Part shown: positions 18,352-25,102 of the stretch, in pieces | How the letters are laid out: every line of letters begins with the position of its first letter | Position numbering within the stretch: position 1 is the first letter of the stretch | DNA from: Candidatus Saganbacteria bacterium | GTDB lineage: Bacteria; Margulisbacteria; WOR-1; JAKLHX01 | Assembly (NCBI GenBank): GCA_026387835.1 | Contig: JAPLKZ010000010.1 | Span: forward strand, 60,001 to 92,000 | Direction of reading: 5' to 3' | Length of the DNA stretch: 32,000 nt | Notes under the pieces: model-generated | What the model saw: only the letters and a program-made list of their open reading frames with translations | Databases searched by the model: none | What the model was told of the DNA's origin: nothing | Made by a program: the position numbers and the translations under genes

Positions 18352-19114
18352 CCAGGCAGGCGAAAAGAATGACAGCCTTCTATGCGTCGGGCTCGACATA
18401 GACCTCGCGCGCATGCCGAAAGAGTTCCTTTCAAAAGAAGACCCGATCTTTTCATTCAACAAGATGGTGGTGGACAAGACCAGAGATCTTGTCTGCGCGT
18501 ATAAGCCGAACATAGCTTTTTACGAGATGTACGGCATCTACGGCCTGCAATCGCTGATAAAAACAATAGAGTATATCCCCGACGAGATACCCGTCATCCT
18601 TGACGCCAAAAGAGGCGACGTGGGCCATACCGCGGGCGCGTACGCGAAGAGCGCCTTTGAAGTATTCAAAGCCGACGCGACAACGGTCAACCCGTACCTC
18701 GGATATGATTCGATAAAACCTTTTCTTGAGTACCGGGACCGCGGCACGTTCATCCTGTGCCTTACATCAAACGCCGGGTACCGCGACTTCCAGGACAGCG
18801 GGGACGAAAAAGTTCCGCTCTATATACACGTGGCAAAGCACGTCAAGGAATGGGATATATACGGCAATTGCGGTCTTGTGGCGGGCGCGACGAATCCCGG
18901 TGAATTAAAAAAGATCAGGGAGATCGCTGTTAATATGCCTATCTTGATCCCGGGCATCGGCGCGCAGGGAGGAGACCTGGAACAATCTGTAAGGAACGGG
19001 ATCACAAAAGACAAGAACAGGGCTGTGATCAATTCATCGCGGTCAATAATCTATTCGGATGACCCAGCCAAAGCGGCAAAGAAATTAAGGGACGAGATCA
19101 ACAGGTACAGATAG
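18329..19114 (+). CDS. pyrF: orotidine 5'-phosphate decarboxylase (type 2)
   Basis: 261 aa. Contains SLLCVGLDIDLARMP, ILDAKRGDVGHTAGAYA and LIPGIGAQGGD. It overlaps the rpsA 3' end by 23 nt. Confidence 0.9.
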   Translation: MDFLNRLDQAGEKNDSLLCVGLDIDLARMPKEFLSKEDPIFSFNKMVVDKTRDLVCAYKPNIAFYEMYGIYGLQSLIKTIEYIPDEIPVILDAKRGDVGHTAGAYAKSAFEVFKADATTVNPYLGYDSIKPFLEYRDRGTFILCLTSNAGYRDFQDSGDEKVPLYIHVAKHVKEWDIYGNCGLVAGATNPGELKKIREIAVNMPILIPGIGAQGGDLEQSVRNGITKDKNRAVINSSRSIIYSDDPAKAAKKLRDEINRYR

Positions 19115-19865
19115 CTTTTTTAAGTTCTGCGATAAACTTCGGCACTTTCTTAATATTTTCATGAATAAGCTTGACTATCGCGCTCCCGACAATGACACCG
19201 TCAGCATGTTTTGACACTAATCCGGCCTGCTGAGGGGTCGATATTCCAAAACCCACAGCGATCGGTTTATTAGTATATTTCCTGATCTTTTTGATGACCG
19301 CCCCTATTTCACCGGAGAGCTGCTTTCTTTCTCCCGTGGTGCCTGTCAGCGACATCATGTAAATAAATCCTCTTGAATGCCTTGCGGCCATCCTTATCCT
19401 TTCAGGGGCACTGTTAGGCGCGACGAGGAAAATGAGGTCGACACCTTTTTGCTGAGCTTTCTTGCTGATATCTTTTGCGCCTTCGATCGGCAGGTCGGGA
19501 AGTATCAGGCCGTCTACCCCGGCTTTTGAACTGTCATTTATGAATTTTTCTATGCCGTAAGAGAACACGATATTATAGCTTGTCATCAGGACGATCGGGA
19601 TCTGCGTTTTCTTCCTGATCTTTTTTACCGCCCGGATGACCTTAGCCGCATTTGTGCCTTTTCTTATAGCCCTTTCTGCCGCCTCGGTAATAGTCGGCCC
19701 GTCCGCTATCGAGTCCGAGAACGGTATGCCGATCTCTATGATATCCGCCCCGCTTTTTTCAAGTTCCGGGACAAGCGTTTCGGTCTTAGAAAGCGACGGA
19801 TCGCCCGCCATGATGAAAGTTATGAGGGCCTTCCCTTTTTTGAACGCTTTTGAGATATTGGACAT
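19098..19865 (-). CDS. trpA: tryptophan synthase alpha chain
   Basis: 255 aa. Contains ALITFIMAGDPSLSKTETLVPELEKSGADIIEIGIPFSDSIADGPTITEA and GFGISTPQQA. Confidence 0.92.
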   Translation of the reverse strand: MSNISKAFKKGKALITFIMAGDPSLSKTETLVPELEKSGADIIEIGIPFSDSIADGPTITEAAERAIRKGTNAAKVIRAVKKIRKKTQIPIVLMTSYNIVFSYGIEKFINDSSKAGVDGLILPDLPIEGAKDISKKAQQKGVDLIFLVAPNSAPERIRMAARHSRGFIYMMSLTGTTGERKQLSGEIGAVIKKIRKYTNKPIAVGFGISTPQQAGLVSKHADGVIVGSAIVKLIHENIKKVPKFIAELKKAICTC

Positions 19866-19896
19866 TTCAAGAAAAGTATAACATTAAACGGGGCCT

Positions 19897-21123
19897 TTAG
19901 AAATCGCTGCTGCCCGTCAGATCATGGGCATTCGCTGAGGTGATCCTTGCTTCGGCAATGTCCCCGGACCTGAGCCGCCTTTTTGCCCTGACAAGGACTT
20001 TTCCGTCTATTTCCGGAGCGTCGCGGAAACTGCGGCCGACAAAATATTCTTTCCCGTGGTTTTCGATGATGACTTTGACGGTCCTGCCGATGAACGCCTT
20101 ATTGATCTTTCTTGATATCCCCTCCTGCATCTGCATCAGTTTCCTGACCCTGGTATTCTTGATCTTTTCGGGGACCTGGTTCTCCATCTTTGCCGCTGAA
20201 GTGCCTTCTTCCCTGCTGTAGGGGAACACGCCGACCCTGTCAAATCCCATCTTTTTGATGAAGCCGCGCAATTCATTAAAATCTTTTTCAGTCTCTCCCG
20301 GGAACCCGGCGATGAAAGTCGTCCTGATACAGATACCCGGGACCGTTTTTCTTAATTTTGAGACCAGACGGGTCAGGTCATTCTTTGAATATTTTCTGTT
20401 CATCGATCTTAATATCTTATCGCTCGCGTGCTGCATCGGGAGGTCGATATATTTTAAGATCTTTTGTTCTTTGGCGATGGCATCGATCAGAGCGTCCGTA
20501 ACATGCTTCGGGTGCGCGTACATTATCCTTATCCATTCAACTCCTATTACGGCCGCCGTTTTTCTGAGAAGACCAGGAAGATCGGGGTATGCGGTAGTAT
20601 CCTGCGCGATATAGATTATCTCTTTTACTCCTTTTTTAGCCAGCATCTTTACTTCCTTCAGGATATCCTCAGGTTTTCTTGAGACCCGTCTTCCCCTGAT
20701 CTTCGGTATCAGGCAATAAGAACAATCATTGTCGCAGCCTTCCGAGATCTTAACGTAAGCTGTCCACGGGCGCGTTGCTTTGACGCGCGGAGATCTTGAA
20801 TCGTAAAGTTTTATGCTGTCGACGAACGAATTTACTCCGTCCATTTTTATTCTTTTATTTTTGATCCCCAGGTATTTTGGCAGGCATCCCGCCACATAAA
20901 GTTTCTTGCATTTTCCTTTTTTCTTCCAGGCGGCCATTTCACCTATCACTTTTTCCGCTTCGTCCCTTGCGGTCTTAATGAAAGCGCAGGTGTTCACAAT
21001 GATGATCTCGGCCTCTCTGGGATTTAAGGAGATCGTGTGCCCGGAAGCCGCCAGATGGCCCATCAGCACCTCCGAATCGGTGAGATTCTTAGGGCAACCG
21101 AGACTTACAACATATGCCTTCAT
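19897..21123 (-). CDS. rimO: ribosomal protein S12 methylthiotransferase
   Basis: The track ORF extends to 21558, but that extension crosses the tRNA-Ser gene and its promoter. The real start is the ATG at complement 21121-21123, giving MKAYVVSLGCPKNLTDSEVLMGHL. The radical SAM triad is in SEGCDNDCSYCLIP, and a C-terminal TRAM-like domain is present. Confidence 0.9.
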   Translation of the reverse strand: MKAYVVSLGCPKNLTDSEVLMGHLAASGHTISLNPREAEIIIVNTCAFIKTARDEAEKVIGEMAAWKKKGKCKKLYVAGCLPKYLGIKNKRIKMDGVNSFVDSIKLYDSRSPRVKATRPWTAYVKISEGCDNDCSYCLIPKIRGRRVSRKPEDILKEVKMLAKKGVKEIIYIAQDTTAYPDLPGLLRKTAAVIGVEWIRIMYAHPKHVTDALIDAIAKEQKILKYIDLPMQHASDKILRSMNRKYSKNDLTRLVSKLRKTVPGICIRTTFIAGFPGETEKDFNELRGFIKKMGFDRVGVFPYSREEGTSAAKMENQVPEKIKNTRVRKLMQMQEGISRKINKAFIGRTVKVIIENHGKEYFVGRSFRDAPEIDGKVLVRAKRRLRSGDIAEARITSANAHDLTGSSDF

Positions 21124-21167
21124 AATAAAAGTATAACAGGGATAAGACCTGTTTATCGCAGTGAAAA

Positions 21168-21196
21168 TTGAAATAACTATGTTTGTTATATATAAT
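21168..21196 (+). promoter_or_regulatory. near-consensus sigma-70 promoter upstream of tRNA-Ser (TTGAAA-17-TATAAT)
   Basis: TTGAAA at 21168-21173, a 17-nt spacer, TATAAT at 21191-21196. Confidence 0.6.
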
Positions 21197-21282
21197 GAGG
21201 GAGAGCAGCGAGCCGGATTATTTCCGGCGAGCGTTGAGAGGGATCCTTCCCTCTCAAAACGAGCGAGCGGAAGCGAGCGAGT

Positions 21283-21372
21283 GGAGGGGTACTCAAGTGG
21301 CTTAAGAGGGCGGTTTGCTAAACCGTTAGTGCGATGTAAGTCGCAGCGAGAGTTCAAATCTCTCCCCCTCCG
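21283..21372 (+). tRNA. tRNA-Ser (anticodon GCU), type II with long variable arm
   Basis: Acceptor stem GGAGGGG / CCCCTCC with discriminator G. The anticodon arm is GCGGT-TTGCTAA-ACCGT. The variable-arm stem is TGCGA / TCGCA. The T arm is GAGAG-TTCAAAT-CTCTC. CCA is not encoded. Confidence 0.92.
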
Positions 21373-21395
21373 ATTGAGCGAAGCGAAAGCGGAGA

Positions 21396-21424
21396 GCCCC
21401 CCGATCAGATCGGGGGGCTTTTTT
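21396..21424 (+). terminator. rho-independent terminator after tRNA-Ser
   Basis: Perfect 11-bp inverted repeat GCCCCCCGATC-A-GATCGGGGGGC (21396-21418), followed by TTTTTT (21419-21424). Confidence 0.8.
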
Positions 21425-21437
21425 GCGTCAGCAAAAA

Positions 21438-21650
21438 CGGGGTGAGATTTGAAAGGCAATTTGCCGCCGAGCAAAGCGAGGAAAAGCAATCGATACCCGA
21501 GCCCAAGCGAGGTGAGATTGCGACAGGCAAATCGCCATGGCCCGAAGCCCCCGCCCAAAGCGGGGCGCTTGCCCCGAGCGAATGGTGAGCGACCCTGAGC
21601 GAGCGAACGTAGTGAGCGAGTCGAAGGGGAGTCGAACCAGAGTCGAGGGG
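21438..21650. repeat. AGCGA-rich degenerate tandem-repeat region (about 70-bp units starting GGTGAGATT, then three 11-nt units GAGTCGANNNN)
   Basis: GGTGAGATTTGAAAGGCAATTTGCC (from 21440) matches GGTGAGATTGCGACAGGCAAATCGCC (from 21510). Exact-phase 11-mers are GAGTCGAAGGG, GAGTCGAACCA and GAGTCGAGGGG at 21618-21650. The pentamer AGCGA was counted 13 times between 21207 and 21620. Confidence 0.5.
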
Positions 21651-21812
21651 GAGGTCAAATCCCTGCCCGCCGAAGTCCCGATCTGATCGGGACGAAGGAG
21701 GGTCTCCCCCTCCGTTTTTTTGCAATATAAGGGCAATAATTTGTTGCTCTTCTTTTTTCGTCTAACAATTACACCGTTGGTAGGTGTGGTCTTTCTAACA
21801 ATCTTCTACCAA
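21651..21812. repeat. direct repeat copy A (about 162 bp), downstream of the ankyrin gene
   Basis: Aligns without gaps to 23107-23268 at roughly 90 percent identity by eye. It contains the GATC palindrome GTCCCGATCTGATCGGGAC (21675-21693), a terminator hairpin, and the duplicated TCTAACAAT motif. Confidence 0.85.
21697..21721 (+). terminator. rho-independent terminator inside repeat copy A
   Basis: GGAGGG (21697-21702), loop TCTCC, CCCTCC (21708-21713), then G and a run of seven T (21715-21721). Confidence 0.65.
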
Positions 21813-21898
21813 AATGCGGTAAAAACTTAACAGTATATTGAAGAATAGAGGCGTTATTTCTTGGTCCGGTGAACATTAATTAACACACTTTAAGATTA

Positions 21899-22987
21899 TT
21901 ATTTGGCTCCTGCCCTGATCAATATCTCCACGATTTCTTTTTTTTTTTTTTTTTCTTCTTCATCATGGTGGGGGTTATCTGTTTTTCTTAATATTGATGC
22001 ATATGAAAGAGCTGTTAATCTAAGATCATCCTTTTCTTTCAAATCAGCTCCTGCTTCAATAAGTGCTTTCGCTATCTCCGCATGTCCAACAATTGCTGCC
22101 GCTATTAAAGCCGTATGTCCTTCATGCCCCTTCGCATTCAGATTAGCCCCTGCTTTTATCAGTGCTTTTACCGTCTCTGTATGCCCAAGAATTGCTGCCT
22201 CTATCAAAGCCGTATCGTCATTATACTTCTTTGCATTCACATCAGCCCCGGCTTTTATAAGTGCTTTTACTGTTTCTGTGTTGTTAACTGCATGTATTAG
22301 AGCTGTGTAACCATATCTACTCTGGACATTTACATCAGCCCTGGCTTTGATAAATATATTAACCAATTCTGTATTCATTTCTTTATCCCATAATTTTGCC
22401 GCCGCTATGATAGGGGTATCACAATTCTGATTTTTTATATTAACATCAGCCCCGGCTTTTATAAGTGCTTTTACTACCTTTATATTCCCTCTTTCTGCTC
22501 CTCTTACTAGAGCTGTGCTGCGATAGAAATCGGTTATATTCACATCAGCCTTAGCTTCAATAAGTAATCCCGCTATTTCTGTATGCTCTTTAACTACTGC
22601 CAATATTAGGGCCGTTTGCTCATCATTATTCTTTGCGTTCGCATCAGCTCCTGCTTTTATAAGAGCTTTTGCTATATCTGTATGGCCATTGATCGCTGCC
22701 TCCATCAGAGCCGTCGTTCCAGTATCGTCCTTGGCATTCACATCAGCCTTAGTCTCAATAAGTGCTTTTACTGCTTCTACATGCCCATTGATTGTTGCCT
22801 TCATTAGAGCTGTTTGCCCAGATTTATTCTTTATATCCATAACTAACATTGGTGGTGCAAGCTGTGCAAGCAACAAAGGTCTTTCATTGTCCGAAGGATT
22901 TTTAACCTCGACATTCCCCTGATTGTTTATCCGCCCAAGATAATTAACGCTCGTGAAACTCATATTATTACTCACTGCTTGTGTCAT
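21899..22987 (-). CDS. ankyrin-repeat protein (about 9 ANK repeats)
   Basis: 362 aa with AAGGAG 8 nt upstream. It has a tandem 33-aa periodicity with the consensus xxTALxxAxxxGHxExVKALIKAGADVNAKxx. I see no obvious signal peptide. Confidence 0.9.
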   Translation of the reverse strand: MTQAVSNNMSFTSVNYLGRINNQGNVEVKNPSDNERPLLLAQLAPPMLVMDIKNKSGQTALMKATINGHVEAVKALIETKADVNAKDDTGTTALMEAAINGHTDIAKALIKAGADANAKNNDEQTALILAVVKEHTEIAGLLIEAKADVNITDFYRSTALVRGAERGNIKVVKALIKAGADVNIKNQNCDTPIIAAAKLWDKEMNTELVNIFIKARADVNVQSRYGYTALIHAVNNTETVKALIKAGADVNAKKYNDDTALIEAAILGHTETVKALIKAGANLNAKGHEGHTALIAAAIVGHAEIAKALIEAGADLKEKDDLRLTALSYASILRKTDNPHHDEEEKKKKKEIVEILIRAGAK

Positions 22988-23106
22988 TTTATTCTCCTTA
23001 TCAGATATTCCTCAGTAGCTATATATCGATGCTATTTTTATGAAATTTCAATTGATTTTAATTAGCAATTTTAATAACCAGGAAATATTTTAGCCGTTAC
23101 TAGCGA

Positions 23107-23268
23107 GAGGCCAAATCCACGCCCGCCGAAGTCCCGATCTGATCGGGACGAAGGATGGTCTCCCCCTCCGTTTTTTAGCAATATAAGGGCAATAATTTGT
23201 TGTCCTTATTTTTTTGTCTAACGATTACACCGTTGGTAGGTCGGGTCTTTCTAACAACTTTCCAACAG
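23107..23268. repeat. direct repeat copy B (about 162 bp), upstream of both the ankyrin gene and the B12-type radical SAM gene
   Basis: Matches 21651-21812. The palindrome is at 23131-23149. The terminator-like hairpin at 23153-23176 is weakened by one stem mismatch (GGATGG versus GGAGGG). Confidence 0.85.
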
Positions 23269-23328
23269 AACCAAATCAATATATTTGAAATTTTCCGATA
23301 TTCTGCTCGATATGTTAATAGGAACAAT

Positions 23329-25086
23329 ATGGCACAAATAAAGGTTGCGCTTGTAAATCTTGCATCTCCGAATTTTCACGTACGTGAATTGAAGCCCGTT
23401 GCGGTCAATATTCTCGCAGGTTATTTGAGGAAAAGGGCATTAGAGCGAGGTATCCCGGTCCAAGTCAAGGTGTACGACATGCAGGAAGAGCTTGAGAAGA
23501 AAAGTATTGCGGAAAAACAGGATCATAAAGTTCTCCACAGACAGACTGCGGAATCGATTGCCGGCAGACTGGCGGCAGATCGGCCGGACATTGTCGGGCT
23601 TTCAATGAGATGGGAGACGCTCAATGCCGCCTTGTCGATAATCTCAAAGATGAGAGGGTCCGATATTTTGCCGCTTGTGATCACCGGAAACAATGTCGCC
23701 ACCTATGGGAGCAGAAAACTTCTTACTCTGCCAGAATTCAAAGACACTCTCGCTGTTGAAGGGGAGGGTGAGGATGCCCTGTGCCGCATAGTCGAGAGAG
23801 CAATAACATCAGCGAGGATAAATGATCCGTCAAATTATGAGGGTATCCCAAACGTCAGGACAAAACCTGACGGCGATATTTTTAAAAAACGGGTAGACCT
23901 GATAAATTATCCCGATCTTGACTTAACTGTAGCGGAAGAACTATACAAAAACGACTGGGCCGGCGGGGTCGAGTTCAGCCGGGGGTGCCCATACCATTCC
24001 TGCCGTTATTGCTCTATCGGAGATGATTGGAAGCCTTTCAAAACAGAAATAGTGATCAACAGGATGAGACGGCTTCTGCAGGCCGATCCAAAGACCGGAT
24101 TTTGGTCCAATGATTCGGAGTTTTTCGGGCACATGAACGGGAATCGTTTTTATGAGAGCATCAGGACAGCGGAGAAAGTCGCCAAAGCCATAGAAGAGCT
24201 CGGCAAAGAATTAAAGGCCGCTATTTCAGTCTCACATTTTTCCGCAAGGGTTGATAATATCTTCAAAGCACGTGACGGTGAAGACCGGAACACGGACAGG
24301 ATACGCATTATCAGGAAGCTGATGCAGGCAGGTTTCGGGAAAGTATATTTAGGGATCGAATCAGGGAGCCCCTCCCAATTAATAAGGTACGGCAAGGGGG
24401 TGACGGCAAATGAGAGCAGGGAGGCCATGCGATTGCTGGATCATGAGATCCATATGCCGTTCGAACCCGGTTACATCTTTTTTGATCCTGACGCCACGAT
24501 CCGGGAACTGAGAGAGAGCATGCTTTTTATCAAAGAGACAGGGCTTCATCGCAGACAATCCAGGATATTCAACACGTTAAGGCCACAGGCAGGAAGCCGG
24601 TTGACTGCACAACTTATCGCAAAAGGATTGGTCTCTCCTGATCTTGATCTGGATACGGTGTCTCATAGGATACTCGACTATTCCGATAAAGACGTGAAAG
24701 TTGTCGCCGGCCTGTACGGGCTTTGGGAAAAGCAAAGCGCTGACCTGTTCAGATATTTGAACGGTAAACTCTACTGGAAGGGGACCAATCCAAGGAATGC
24801 TATTATCGGGCCTTTTCTTGATAAGATCATCGACCTTGACCGCACATTTATTAATGGCTGCCTGGATGCATGTGAAGCCAAAAGCGATCATGGAGTTGCC
24901 ATCGCGCATTTTTCAAAAGTATTTATCAATATCATCGATCGCATCAAATTCGCGTTAGCAAACCATCATATTGACGACCCTGATGGTCAGCTCCCATTAT
25001 TCCTAGGTAAAGCAACGGAACGCAACATGGCACTTCCGTGCAATATAGACACCAAAGCAATGATTGACCTTCCCCCATTGTCATAA
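23329..25086 (+). CDS. B12-binding-domain radical SAM protein with non-canonical CX4CX2C cluster motif
   Basis: The track ORF starts at TTG 23197 inside repeat B. I prefer the ATG at 23329 (MAQIKVALVNL...). It has an N-terminal Rossmann-like B12-binding-type region (DIVGLSMRWETLNAAL..PLVITGN), the radical SAM core VEFSRGCPYHSCRYCSIGD, and YLGIESGSPSQL. Confidence 0.8.
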   Translation: MAQIKVALVNLASPNFHVRELKPVAVNILAGYLRKRALERGIPVQVKVYDMQEELEKKSIAEKQDHKVLHRQTAESIAGRLAADRPDIVGLSMRWETLNAALSIISKMRGSDILPLVITGNNVATYGSRKLLTLPEFKDTLAVEGEGEDALCRIVERAITSARINDPSNYEGIPNVRTKPDGDIFKKRVDLINYPDLDLTVAEELYKNDWAGGVEFSRGCPYHSCRYCSIGDDWKPFKTEIVINRMRRLLQADPKTGFWSNDSEFFGHMNGNRFYESIRTAEKVAKAIEELGKELKAAISVSHFSARVDNIFKARDGEDRNTDRIRIIRKLMQAGFGKVYLGIESGSPSQLIRYGKGVTANESREAMRLLDHEIHMPFEPGYIFFDPDATIRELRESMLFIKETGLHRRQSRIFNTLRPQAGSRLTAQLIAKGLVSPDLDLDTVSHRILDYSDKDVKVVAGLYGLWEKQSADLFRYLNGKLYWKGTNPRNAIIGPFLDKIIDLDRTFINGCLDACEAKSDHGVAIAHFSKVFINIIDRIKFALANHHIDDPDGQLPLFLGKATERNMALPCNIDTKAMIDLPPLS

Positions 25087-25102
25087 CAAATAACCTGATT
25101 CC

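Noticed and set aside
21124-21558. N-terminal 145-codon extension of the rimO ORF, and the overlapping ORFs 21161-21445, 21405-21725 and 21428-21736
   Set aside because: They run across the tRNA-Ser gene, its promoter and two terminators. RimO family sequence starts exactly at MKAYVVSLGCPKN (ATG at 21123).
21425-21700. A second tRNA, tmRNA, SRP RNA or RNase P RNA hidden in the AGCGA-rich region (GGTCAAATCC and GAGTCGAACC look T-loop-like)
   Set aside because: I could not fold any cloverleaf. The T-loop-like strings lack complementary T-stems and acceptor pairing. GAGTCGAACC is one unit of an 11-nt tandem repeat.
21741-21830. 29-codon hydrophobic ORF (LLLFFFRLTITPLVGVVFLTIFYQNAVKT) inside repeat copy A, considered as a type I toxin-like peptide
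   Set aside because: It has a TTG start and only a weak SD. Differences between copies A and B in this frame are mostly non-synonymous (L>S, F>L, R>C, V>R, I>T). Copy B also has no stop, so purifying selection on a peptide is not supported.
23064-23080. Sigma-54-like promoter TGGTTATTAAAATTGCT on the minus strand upstream of the ankyrin gene (rpoN is in the window)
   Set aside because: The GG-to-GC spacing is one nucleotide longer than the strict TGGCAC-N5-TTGC geometry, and the -24 element is poor. No enhancer-binding protein gene is nearby.
23197-23328. TTG-initiated 44-codon extension of the B12-type radical SAM ORF
   Set aside because: The extension lies inside direct-repeat copy B, which is non-coding in copy A's context. 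The ATG at 23329 gives a normal N-terminus for the B12-like domain.
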